DNA of 64,000 nt. Origin: Caulobacteraceae bacterium (GTDB lineage Bacteria; Pseudomonadota; Alphaproteobacteria; Caulobacterales; Caulobacteraceae). Made by a program: the position numbers and the translations under genes. Of this stretch, positions 18,725 to 27,732 are shown piece by piece. The notes beneath the pieces are model-generated. The model had not been told where the DNA came from and ran no database searches. It saw only the letters and a program-made list of their open reading frames with translations. The stretch covers positions 111-64,110 of the forward strand of contig DASYGN010000082.1 in the NCBI GenBank assembly GCA_035999625.1. The letters are read 5' to 3'. Position 1 is the first letter of the stretch, and every line of letters starts with the position of its first letter.

Positions 18725-19692
18725 GACTGCCCCAGCCGCCAGCCGGCTTCCGTGGCCATATGGGCGAAGAAGCCGGGTTCGTAGGCATGCTCGGGATCGG
18801 CCCGCACCAGGGTGTCGATGACCTCGGCGTCGTGGCCGACCAGAATCCGCCAGCGATCGGTCCTCACCCCGTCGAGAATGACGGTGGCGGCCCGCGCCGC
18901 GGTGGTCGGGGCCTCGTCGCGAAAACGCCTGGCCTGCTCGGCGGCCATGGCGTTGATCTCGGCGTCGGAGACGGCGTCGATTTCCATGCCCATCGCTCTC
19001 AGGCGCGCGCGGGTGAGCGCGATCTGGCGTGGCGAAAGGCTGTCGGACGCATCGCCGGTCAGCACCTTGCGGGAGTTGCTGACGATCTCGGTGCCGATGT
19101 GGCCGGGCATGACCACCGAGCACTTCACGTGCGGGGCGTTGACCGCCAGATCGGTCATCAAGGCTTCGCTGAAGCCCTTCACGGCGAACTTGGCGGCCAC
19201 ATAGGCGGTGTGGGGAATGCCGGGGCCGAGGGAGCCCCAGAAGCCATTGACGCTGCTGGTGTTGACGATGTGCGCCTCGCTCGCCGCCACGAGCATGGGC
19301 AGGAACACCCGGGTGCAGGCGTAAACCCCGCCCCAGCAGACGTTGAACGTCCGCTCCCATTCGGCGCGCTCGCCGGCGACGAAGCTGCCGCCGCCGCCGA
19401 TGCCGGCGTTGTTGAACAGCAGGTGGATCCTGTCGGTGTCAAACGCGCGGGCGATCTCGTCGCGGAAGCGGCCGACCTGGGCTTCGTCGCCGACGTCGGC
19501 GACGAAGCCCGCCACCTTGGTTCCCTGGGGCGCGTCGGCCGCGCACAGAGCCTTGGTGGCGGCCATGGTGTCAGCCGAGACATCGCACATGGCGACGTTG
19601 CACCCCTCGGCGGTCAGCTGCCGGGCCAACTCGCGCCCCATGCCGGTCCCGCCGCCGGTGATCACCGCGATCTTGCCGTTGAAATCCTTCAT
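18721..19692 (-). CDS. Short-chain dehydrogenase/reductase (SDR)
   Basis: MKDFNGKIAVITGGGTGMGRELA (TGxxxGxG), NNAG, and YVAAKFAV (YxxxK). The ATG at 19692 is chosen; the upstream part of the 456-aa ORF looks non-coding. Confidence 0.85.
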   Translation of the reverse strand: MKDFNGKIAVITGGGTGMGRELARQLTAEGCNVAMCDVSADTMAATKALCAADAPQGTKVAGFVADVGDEAQVGRFRDEIARAFDTDRIHLLFNNAGIGGGGSFVAGERAEWERTFNVCWGGVYACTRVFLPMLVAASEAHIVNTSSVNGFWGSLGPGIPHTAYVAAKFAVKGFSEALMTDLAVNAPHVKCSVVMPGHIGTEIVSNSRKVLTGDASDSLSPRQIALTRARLRAMGMEIDAVSDAEINAMAAEQARRFRDEAPTTAARAATVILDGVRTDRWRILVGHDAEVIDTLVRADPEHAYEPGFFAHMATEAGWRLGQS

Positions 19693-19846
19693 CGCGTTCT
19701 CCGCTTTCCGATGCCGACCACCGTTTAGGACAAATTGGCCACAGAGCGAGGCCCGATTGGGGCTTTGCGCCAAGCGGCGCCTTGACGATCGCCGGCGCAG
19801 GCGCGAGATCAGCACATCAAGGCTAAATGCCCGGGGGAATACCATC

Positions 19847-22318
19847 ATGAAGACCGCGCTCATGTCGCGTTTCGTGGGTGTCGCGCCCGCGGGCGTCGCG
19901 ATGCTGCTTGCCTCCACCTGCCTGACCGCCGGCCCTGCCCGCGCCGCCGAGGCGAGCACCGACACTGTCGGCCCCACCGCGGTGGGCGAGGTCATCGTCA
20001 CCGCCACCAAGCGCGCCGAGAATATCCAGAAGGTGCCGATGAGCATCACCGCCATCGACGCCAGGCGGCTGAGCGAACTCAACGTGACCAACTTCCAGGA
20101 CTATGTGAAGTTCGTGCCGACGATCCAGTACGAGACCTTCGCCCCCAGCGTCACCACCATCTACATGCGCGGCGTGGCCGACGGCGGCAACGGCAACCAC
20201 TCGGGCCCGCTGCCCAGCGTCGGCGCCTATCTCGACGAGCTGCCGATCACCACCATCGGCGGCACCATCGACGTCCACGTTTATGACCTGGCTCGTGTGG
20301 AAGTGTTGCCGGGACCGCAAGGCACGCTCTATGGCGCCAGCTCCGAATCCGGCACCCTCCGCCTGATCACCAACACGCCCGACACCTCGCACCTCTATGG
20401 CGCCCTCAACGCTGAGGGGAACTGGGTCGATCACGGCTCGGAGGGTTATGTCGTCGAGGGCTTCGTCAACGTACCGGTGACCGACCACATCGCCGTGCGC
20501 CTGGTGGCGTTCGACGAGCGCGATGCCGGCTTCATCGATAACGTGCTGGGCGAGCGGGCGTTCGTCGAAGTATCGCACGGAGTGCCCGGACCGGTGGACG
20601 GCATCATCAACAACGCCGGTCGGGTGAAGAGCAACTTCAATCCGGTCGAGACCTACGGCGGTCGGCTCGCGGTCAAATTCGACCTCGGCGACAACTGGAC
20701 GATCACCCCACAGGTCATCGCCCAGGATATGCGGGCCGACGGCATTTTCGGCTTCAACCCGGCGATCGGCGATCTGAAGGTCAATCGCTTCCAGCCCGAC
20801 AGCGACCACGACCGCTGGGTGCAGGCGGGCCTGACCATAAACGGCAAGATCGGCAAGTACGACCTGACCTACGCCGGCGGCTACTTCAAGCGCTGGATCA
20901 ATTCCAATTCGGACTACACCGACTACTCGGTCGCCTATGATCAGGCCTCCGGCTACGGATCCTACTGGACGGACGCCAACGGCGTTCCGCTGTCGAACCC
21001 GGCGCAGTTCATCGTCGGCCGGGACCGGTTCGAAAAGGGCAGTAACGAACTGCGGCTTGCTTCGCCTGCTACTGACCGGTTCCGCTTTCTTGTCGGCCTG
21101 TTCCAGGAACGCCAGACCCACTGGATCATCCAGGACTATCTGATCCAGGGCCTCGGCCCGCAAATCTCCGTCCCGGGCTGGCCCCACACCTGGTGGCTGA
21201 CCGACCAGGACCGGGTCGACAGCGACAGGGCGGTGTTCGGCGAAGTGTCGTTTGACGTCACGCCCAGGCTGACCATCACCGCCGGCGCCCGCTATTATGG
21301 CTTTACCAATTCGCTCTATGGCTTCTTCGGATTCAACGATCCGGCCTTCAGCTCGACCGGCACCTCCCACTGCATCGCCGGCCTGCAGTTTCGCGATGCG
21401 CCGTGCGTCGACTTGAACGGCGTCCTGAAAGGGACCGGCGAGACGCACAAGGTCAACGCCACCTACCACCTCGACGACACCAAGCTGGTCTATTTCACCT
21501 ATTCGACCGGCTACCGGCCGGGCGGATTCAACCGCAACTCCCAGTTCGGCGCCTACAATACCGACAACCTGTCCAACTACGAGATCGGCTGGAAAACGAG
21601 CTGGTTCGACCGCTCCCTGGTCTGGAACGGCGCCGCCTATTACGAGGACTGGAGCAACTTCCAGTTCGCCTATCTAGGCACCAACAGCCTTACCGTCGTG
21701 GTCAATGCGCCGTCGGCCCGGATTCTCGGCGTCGAGTCCAACGTCGAATGGCGCGCGACCGAGCACCTGACCCTGGCGGCCGCCATGGCCTACAACGACG
21801 CCGTGCTGGCCCAGGACTTCTGCACCGACGCCCACGGCACGGTGGCGGCCTGCGAGGGCAATTTCCTTAGGGCGCCGAAGGGTCAGCAACTGCCCTACAC
21901 GCCGAAATTCAACGGCAATTTCACCGCCCGCTACACTTTCCCGTTCATGGGTTGGAACGCCCACGCCCAGGTGGCGGTGGCCTATCAGTCGTCACGGCTT
22001 CCGGCGGTGTTTTCGGTGGCGTCGGACGCCTTCGCCAGCGATGTCGCCAACCTCGGCAAGATGCCCGGCTATGCGACCGTCGACTTCTCGATCGGCGCCG
22101 AACACGACAAGAGCTCGGTCGAGCTGTTCGTGAAGAACGCCTTCGACGAGCGCGGCCAGATCAACCGCTATACGCCGTGCACGACCTCGATCTGCGCGCC
22201 CGGCTATCCGGCCGGCGTGGGCTCCGACGGAACGCCTTACCCGGCGACCCCGCCGGCGGTCTATGTGGTGCCCATTCAACCGCTGACCATCGGCATCCGG
22301 CTCGGCCAGAAGTTCTGA
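19847..22318 (+). CDS. TonB-dependent outer-membrane receptor
   Basis: Signal peptide MKTALMSRFVGVAPAGVAMLLASTCLTAGPARA, plug motifs (VIVTATKRAENIQKVPMSITA; EVLPGPQGTLYGASS), and terminal LGQKF. The ATG at 19847 is chosen within a longer ORF. Confidence 0.9.
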   Translation: MKTALMSRFVGVAPAGVAMLLASTCLTAGPARAAEASTDTVGPTAVGEVIVTATKRAENIQKVPMSITAIDARRLSELNVTNFQDYVKFVPTIQYETFAPSVTTIYMRGVADGGNGNHSGPLPSVGAYLDELPITTIGGTIDVHVYDLARVEVLPGPQGTLYGASSESGTLRLITNTPDTSHLYGALNAEGNWVDHGSEGYVVEGFVNVPVTDHIAVRLVAFDERDAGFIDNVLGERAFVEVSHGVPGPVDGIINNAGRVKSNFNPVETYGGRLAVKFDLGDNWTITPQVIAQDMRADGIFGFNPAIGDLKVNRFQPDSDHDRWVQAGLTINGKIGKYDLTYAGGYFKRWINSNSDYTDYSVAYDQASGYGSYWTDANGVPLSNPAQFIVGRDRFEKGSNELRLASPATDRFRFLVGLFQERQTHWIIQDYLIQGLGPQISVPGWPHTWWLTDQDRVDSDRAVFGEVSFDVTPRLTITAGARYYGFTNSLYGFFGFNDPAFSSTGTSHCIAGLQFRDAPCVDLNGVLKGTGETHKVNATYHLDDTKLVYFTYSTGYRPGGFNRNSQFGAYNTDNLSNYEIGWKTSWFDRSLVWNGAAYYEDWSNFQFAYLGTNSLTVVVNAPSARILGVESNVEWRATEHLTLAAAMAYNDAVLAQDFCTDAHGTVAACEGNFLRAPKGQQLPYTPKFNGNFTARYTFPFMGWNAHAQVAVAYQSSRLPAVFSVASDAFASDVANLGKMPGYATVDFSIGAEHDKSSVELFVKNAFDERGQINRYTPCTTSICAPGYPAGVGSDGTPYPATPPAVYVVPIQPLTIGIRLGQKF

Positions 22319-22357
22319 TCCCGACCGCGCCACCGCCCGGCGTGCTATAGCCGCGGC

Positions 22358-24358
22358 ATGAGCGAAGCCAGGACGGCGTCCTTCGACGAGGCGGTGGCGC
22401 ACGCCCGCAAGATGCTGGACCGGCGGCCGGACCTGGCCGAACAACAGGCGCGCGCCATCCTGGGCCAGGCTCCAGCCGAGCCGCGCACACGCCTGATCCT
22501 GGGGGCCGCCCTTCGCCGGCAGGGCCGACCCGACGCAGCGCGCGACACGCTCTCAAGTCTCGCCCGCGAGCAGCCTCGATCGGCTGAGACGCGGCTGGAG
22601 CTGGCCATGGCCCTGGCCGCCCTCGGCGAGGACGAAGCGTCGTTTGCGAGCCTGCGTGAAGCGGTGCGGCTGAAGCCCGCCATGCCGGAGGCCTGGCGGC
22701 TGATCGCCGAGCATCTGCATCTGCGCGGCGACGCGGCCGGCGCCGACGCCGCCTATGCCCGGTACATCCAGGCCGGGATCGAGGATCCGGCCCTGCGCGC
22801 CGCCGCCGAGGCGATGGTGGATGATGCGCTTCCGACGGCCGAACGCCTGCTGCGCGAGCGGCTCAGGACCCACCCCTCGGACGTCGCCGCGATGCGGATG
22901 CTGGCCGAGATCGGCACCCGGCTCGGACGCTACGCCGACGCCCAGGGCCTGCTGGAGATGTGCCTGGAGCTGGCCCCCAGCTTCCAGCCGGCGCGGCACA
23001 ACCTGGCCCTCGTCCTGTTCCGCCAGCAGAAGGCGATGGACGCCCTGCCGCACGTCGAGGCGCTGCGCGCGCTGGACCCGGCCGAACCCAATTGGCGCCT
23101 GCTGCATGCCAGCTGTCTCAGTCTGGTGGGCGACTACGCCGGGGCCGTGGCCATCTTCGAGGAGGCGCTGGCCAAGGCGCCGCGCCAGCCGCGCGTCTGG
23201 CTCAGCCTCGGCCATGCTCTGCGCACTGAGGGCCGCCGGGCGCAGGCCGTCGCGGCCTACAAGCAAGCCCTCGCCTACGAACCCAGTCTCGGCGATGCCT
23301 ACTGGAGCCTGGCCAACCTGAAGACCGAGCCGTTCACTGATGAAGAGGTGACTGCGATCGAAACCCAGCTGGCCCTCGACAGGGTGGTCGGCGAAGATCG
23401 ACTCCACCTCAATTTCGCGCTGGGCAAGGCGCTGGAGGACCGGCGGGACTTCGCCCGATCGTTCGAGAACTATGAGCAAGGCGCGCGGTTGCGGCGCGAT
23501 TTGACACCTTATGACGGGGACGAATTCGAAGCGCTCGTGGCCCGCTCGAAGGCGATGTTCACCGACCAATTCTTTATGGCGCGCCGAGACTGGGGCTCGG
23601 CCTCCGACGCGCCGATCTTCATCGTCGGCCTGCCAAGGTCCGGCTCTACGTTGATCGAACAGATCCTCGCCAGCCATTCTCAAATCGAGGGAACCATGGA
23701 GCTGCCGGAGATCGGCGCCATCGCACGGCGCTTCGTCCGCGACGCCATGCGCGGACGCGGCGATCCCTATCCGGAGGTGATCTCCAGCCTGGACCCAGGA
23801 TCGGTCTCAGCACTCGGCGATGAATTCCTGGAACGGACGAAGGTCCAGCGGAAGCTGGGCGCGGCGTTCTTCATCGACAAGATGCCGAATAATTTCCACC
23901 ACCTGGGCCTTATCGCGCTGATCCTGCCGAAGGCCAGGGTGATCGACGCGCGGCGTCACCCGATGGCCGCCGGATTCTCGGCCTTCAAGCAGCACTTCGC
24001 CCAGGGGCATAACTTCTCGTACGATTTGTCCGATATCGGACGATATTACCGGGGCTATGTCGAGCTGATGGCCCATTTCGACGCTGTGCTGCCCGGACGC
24101 GTCCACCGGGTGATTCACGAGGCGCTTGTCGACGATCTCGAAGGCGAGGCGCGCCGGCTCCTGGCCTATCTCCGCCTGCCGTTCGAGCCGGGCTGCCTCG
24201 AATTTCACCGCACCGAGCGGGCGGTGCGCACCGCCAGCTCCGAGCAGGTGCGCCGGCCGATCTTCCGCGAAGGCCTGGAGCACTGGCGCAACTTCGAGCC
24301 ATGGCTGTTTCCGCTGGCCGAGGCGCTCGGCCCGGCGCTTCAGACCTGGCGCGACTGA
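22358..24358 (+). CDS. TPR-repeat protein fused to a PAPS-dependent sulfotransferase domain
   Basis: The N-terminal ~330 aa consists of Ala/Leu-rich TPR-like repeats. The C-terminal half carries IFIVGLPRSGSTLIEQIL (5'-phosphosulfate-binding loop) and VIDARRHPMAAGFS. No signal peptide. Confidence 0.85.
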   Translation: MSEARTASFDEAVAHARKMLDRRPDLAEQQARAILGQAPAEPRTRLILGAALRRQGRPDAARDTLSSLAREQPRSAETRLELAMALAALGEDEASFASLREAVRLKPAMPEAWRLIAEHLHLRGDAAGADAAYARYIQAGIEDPALRAAAEAMVDDALPTAERLLRERLRTHPSDVAAMRMLAEIGTRLGRYADAQGLLEMCLELAPSFQPARHNLALVLFRQQKAMDALPHVEALRALDPAEPNWRLLHASCLSLVGDYAGAVAIFEEALAKAPRQPRVWLSLGHALRTEGRRAQAVAAYKQALAYEPSLGDAYWSLANLKTEPFTDEEVTAIETQLALDRVVGEDRLHLNFALGKALEDRRDFARSFENYEQGARLRRDLTPYDGDEFEALVARSKAMFTDQFFMARRDWGSASDAPIFIVGLPRSGSTLIEQILASHSQIEGTMELPEIGAIARRFVRDAMRGRGDPYPEVISSLDPGSVSALGDEFLERTKVQRKLGAAFFIDKMPNNFHHLGLIALILPKARVIDARRHPMAAGFSAFKQHFAQGHNFSYDLSDIGRYYRGYVELMAHFDAVLPGRVHRVIHEALVDDLEGEARRLLAYLRLPFEPGCLEFHRTERAVRTASSEQVRRPIFREGLEHWRNFEPWLFPLAEALGPALQTWRD

Positions 24359-25455
24359 TGGTCTCGCCCCTGAAAACGCCCGAAGGCGCGCCGGTCGATC
24401 TCGGCCTGATCGAAGGGTTCTATGGCCGGCCATGGACCTGGGCAGAGCGGGCCGAGACCATCGGTTTCCTGGCCCGCCACGGCTACGGCTTCTACTGGTA
24501 TGCGCCCAAGGCCGACGCCTTCCTTCGCCGCCGATGGCGCGAGCCGTGGCCGGCCGAGACCGCCGCCGCCGTCAAGGGTCTGGCCGCTCGTTGCGCCGCC
24601 AACGGCGTGCGTTTCGGCGTTGGCCTGAGCCCGTTCGAAATCTACCGCGCCTTCGACGATGCCGCCAAGGCCGACCTCGCCAGCAAGCTGGCCGAACTGG
24701 ACGCGGTCGGCGCCTGGGACCTCGCCATCCTGTTCGACGACATGCGCGGCGATCTTCCGAACCTGGCCGCCTCGCAGATCGAGATCGTGCACTGGGCGGC
24801 CGAACATTCGCATGCGCGGCGGATCCTCTTCTGCCCGACCTACTACAGCGACGATCCGGTGCTCGACCGGGCGTTCGGCAATCGGCCAGAAGGATACCTG
24901 GAGGCGCTGGGGGTGGGTCTGGATCCGGCGATCGAGGTGTTCTGGACCGGCGAGGAGGTGTGCTCGCGGGCCTACGGCCCCGCCTCCCTGGCGCGGGTGG
25001 CCGAGGCCCTGCGTCGCCCGCCGGTGGTCTGGGACAACTATCCGGTCAACGACGGGCCGGTGATGGGCCAGTCGCTGCACCTGCGCGCGGTCACCGGCCG
25101 GCCAGCGGCGATGGCCAGCGTCACCCGGGCGCACGCGGTCAACCCGGCCTCGCAGACGGTGCTGTCGCGCATTCCCGCGCTCAGCCTGGCGAGGAGCTAT
25201 CGCCTTGGCGAGGCCTACGACTACGGCGCCGCCTTCGATGCCGCCGCGCTCGAGGTGTTGGGCGCGGACCTGGCCGCGCAGTTGCGCGCCAACCTTTCCC
25301 AGTTCCAGGACACCGGCCTCGACCGCCTCGGGGCGGAAACCAAAGCCAAGCTGCGCGAGCGCTATGCGGCGTTCGATCATCCGGGGGCCAGGGAAGTGGT
25401 CGCCTGGCTGGACGGCGCCTGGGAGATCAGCCGGGCCGAGATCGAGGCGTCGTGA
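24358..25455 (+). CDS. GH84-like beta-N-acetylglucosaminidase (O-GlcNAcase-type), cytoplasmic
   Basis: GLIEGFYGRPWTW, YWYAPKADAFLR, LAILFDDMRG (adjacent Asp-Asp catalytic pair) and VVWDNYPVNDG reproduce the GH84 motif order. No signal peptide. The ATG overlaps the upstream stop (TGATG). Confidence 0.7.
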   Translation: MVSPLKTPEGAPVDLGLIEGFYGRPWTWAERAETIGFLARHGYGFYWYAPKADAFLRRRWREPWPAETAAAVKGLAARCAANGVRFGVGLSPFEIYRAFDDAAKADLASKLAELDAVGAWDLAILFDDMRGDLPNLAASQIEIVHWAAEHSHARRILFCPTYYSDDPVLDRAFGNRPEGYLEALGVGLDPAIEVFWTGEEVCSRAYGPASLARVAEALRRPPVVWDNYPVNDGPVMGQSLHLRAVTGRPAAMASVTRAHAVNPASQTVLSRIPALSLARSYRLGEAYDYGAAFDAAALEVLGADLAAQLRANLSQFQDTGLDRLGAETKAKLRERYAAFDHPGAREVVAWLDGAWEISRAEIEAS

Positions 25456-26864
25456 GCCAGCGGCGCCGTCCGCTGGGCTTCTGGCATCTGAGCCTTTATG
25501 CGGTGGCGCTCGGTTTCAGCATCCGCTGGATACCCTATGCCGCCGCGGCGGGTCCGGCCTCGCTCCCGCTGTGGCTGCTGGCCCTGATCGGCTTTCTGGT
25601 TCCCTTGGCGGCGGCCACCGCCGAGTTGGTCGGCCGGTTTCCGGGCGAGGGCGGCCTCTACGGCTGGGCGCGCGAAATGCTGGGACCGTTCGCCGGTTTC
25701 ATCGCCGGCTGGCTCTACTGGACGTGCAATCTGCCGTTCTTTTCCGGCCTGCTGTATTTCATTCTGACCTCGCTGGCGGCGGGTTTCGGGCCGGCGGCGA
25801 CGCGCGCGGTAGCCGATCCGTGGGTGCTGGCGGCGCTGGCCAGCGGCATGGCGGTGCTGGTGGGCCTGTTGCACCTCGCCGGTCTGGGGACCGGCAAGTG
25901 GTTGACCAGCTTCGGTTCGATCGCCGTCGGCCTGCTGACCGTGACCCTCCTCGCCCTCGGCCTGACCTTGGCGCTGCGATCCGGACCGGCGAGCGATTTC
26001 GCCCACGTCAGCTACGCGCCCCCGTTGGACGCCAACGGCGCGGCGCTGTGGGCGATCATGGTGTTCGCCTATGGCGGCCCCGAAGCCCTGGCGTTCTTGC
26101 GCGGCGACGTCGACGGCGGCGTGCGCCAGATCCTGCGCGTGCTGGCCGTGGTCGGGGCGGCGGTGTTCATCGCCTACACCGCCGCCTCGCTGGCGATGAT
26201 GGCCATCGTTCGGCCAGTGGAGGCCTCGCGCCTGGCCGGCCTGCCCGAGGCGTTCGCGGCCGGCTTCGCGCGCCTCGGCCAACCGGGTCTGGCGTTCCTG
26301 CCCTCGCTGCTGCTCGGCGTCGCAATGCTGGGCAGCTACAGCGCCTGGTTCGGGGTCGCCGCCCGCCTGCCGTTCGCCATCGGCGTCGATCGCTACTTTC
26401 CGCCCGGGTTCGCCCGCCGCAATCCCCGCACCGGAGCGCCGACCATCGCCATCGTGGTCCAGGCGGCGGCGGTGGTGGCCCTGGTGGTGCTTGGCCAGGC
26501 GGGGACCAGCGTCAAGGCCGCCTACGACTTCCTGGTGTCGATGAGCGTGATCTCCTACACCCTGCCGTTCGTGTTCCTGTTCCTGAGCTATTTCAGAGTG
26601 CGCGGCGCGGCCGAAGCCGGGGTGTGGACCGCGCCGGGCGGGGATCGCGGACGCAGGATACTGGCCCTCGTCGGCCTAGCGGTAACCGCGAGCGCCATCG
26701 CCTGCACCCTGGTCCCCAGTCCGGACGCCACCGACAAGGCCTGGGCGGTGGCCAAGCTGGTGATCGCCTCGGTGGTTCTGATCGCGATCGGGGCCCTGAT
26801 CTACGCGCGCGCGGTCAATAAAGCCCAAGGGCGATCAGCGTACGCGCCGCCAGGACCCACATGA
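25452..26864 (+). CDS. APC-superfamily amino acid/polyamine permease
   Basis: About 12 hydrophobic helices, with AELVGRFPGEGGLYGWAREMLGPFAGFIAGWLYW as the typical APC helix 2-3 region. The GTG at 25452 overlaps the upstream stop (GTGA). Confidence 0.8.
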   Translation: MSQRRRPLGFWHLSLYAVALGFSIRWIPYAAAAGPASLPLWLLALIGFLVPLAAATAELVGRFPGEGGLYGWAREMLGPFAGFIAGWLYWTCNLPFFSGLLYFILTSLAAGFGPAATRAVADPWVLAALASGMAVLVGLLHLAGLGTGKWLTSFGSIAVGLLTVTLLALGLTLALRSGPASDFAHVSYAPPLDANGAALWAIMVFAYGGPEALAFLRGDVDGGVRQILRVLAVVGAAVFIAYTAASLAMMAIVRPVEASRLAGLPEAFAAGFARLGQPGLAFLPSLLLGVAMLGSYSAWFGVAARLPFAIGVDRYFPPGFARRNPRTGAPTIAIVVQAAAVVALVVLGQAGTSVKAAYDFLVSMSVISYTLPFVFLFLSYFRVRGAAEAGVWTAPGGDRGRRILALVGLAVTASAIACTLVPSPDATDKAWAVAKLVIASVVLIAIGALIYARAVNKAQGRSAYAPPGPT

Positions 26865-27732
26865 GATCGGTGCGCGTAACCTTGCCGGTCAGGGCGTAGG
26901 CGAGCCGGCTGCGCAGCGAGCGCCGCGAGGCGACGAAGGTTTCGGCCAGGGCCCGGTCGGCGGGCTTCAGCGCCTCGCCCCGCAGTCGCAGCAGCTCGGC
27001 CGCCTGGGCGCGCACCGGCCAGAAGCGTTTGGGGGCGCGCAGGAACATGCGGGTGAGGCGGACGATCTCTCCCGCCTTGCCAATCGTCTGGCCGATCTGG
27101 TTGCCGCCGTGCTGGCGGTAGAGGACGCCGGGCTCGGGGTCGTAGGTCACCCGGCCGAGAGCGGAAATGACCAGGGCGCACCACCAGTCGTGCATGATGA
27201 TCGCGCCGCGGGCGGGAAGCCGCTCGCGGACCAGGCCGGCCGCGGCCGGGTTCATCACCACGGTGACGCCGAAGGCGATGTTCTCGAACAGCAAGGCCTC
27301 GAAGCGGGTGTCGTTCTTTATCGGCGCCGGGCCAATCGCTCGCAGGGCGGTGTCGACGCACATCACCCGCGAGCAATAAAGGGCCGCACCCGGGATTTCG
27401 GCCAAATGCTGGGCGGCCCTGGCCAGCTTGTCCGGCAGCCAGACATCGTCCTGGTCGCAAAAGGCGTAGGCGTCGAAATCACCCGGAACGGCGGCCAGGA
27501 GGGTCAGAAAGCTGGCGGCCGGGCCGAGATTGTCGCCGGTGAGCGGCGCGGCCAGGGCCGGCCAGTGGCGGGCGTAACCGGCCAGGATGGCGAGGGTGCC
27601 GTCACTGGAGCCATCGTCTCTGGCGAACACCTCCAGGCTCACCCCACGCTGGGCGAGAAGACTGTCGAGTTGGGCCGCCAGCCACGCCTCGCCGTTGAAG
27701 GTCGAGATCAGAACCGCGATCCTGGGGCTCAA
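26815..27732 (-). CDS. Glycosyltransferase family 2 (rhamnosyltransferase RfbG/WbbL-like)
   Basis: IAVLISTFNGEAWLAAQLDSLLAQ...ARDDGSSDGT...FCDQDDVWLPDKL contains the GT2 DxD-type motifs. A TTG start at 27732 overlapping the flippase stop (TTGA) is proposed, because the ORF-track N-terminus overlaps the flippase gene. Confidence 0.75.
   Translation of the reverse strand: MSPRIAVLISTFNGEAWLAAQLDSLLAQRGVSLEVFARDDGSSDGTLAILAGYARHWPALAAPLTGDNLGPAASFLTLLAAVPGDFDAYAFCDQDDVWLPDKLARAAQHLAEIPGAALYCSRVMCVDTALRAIGPAPIKNDTRFEALLFENIAFGVTVVMNPAAAGLVRERLPARGAIIMHDWWCALVISALGRVTYDPEPGVLYRQHGGNQIGQTIGKAGEIVRLTRMFLRAPKRFWPVRAQAAELLRLRGEALKPADRALAETFVASRRSLRSRLAYALTGKVTRTDLMWVLAARTLIALGLY

Noticed and set aside
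18725-19360. Upstream extension of the GlpD-like ORF (758 aa version)
   Set aside because: The extension overlaps the SDR gene out of frame and has no family features. The canonical GlpD FAD motif begins soon after the ATG at 18724, which is coupled (ATGA) to the SDR stop.
24126-25451. N-terminal 440 aa of the 912-aa ORF 24126-26864
   Set aside because: This part overlaps the sulfotransferase 3' end and the whole GH84-like gene in another frame, and it reads as Arg/Pro/Gly-rich nonsense. The permease begins at the GTG at 25452, which overlaps the GH84 stop.
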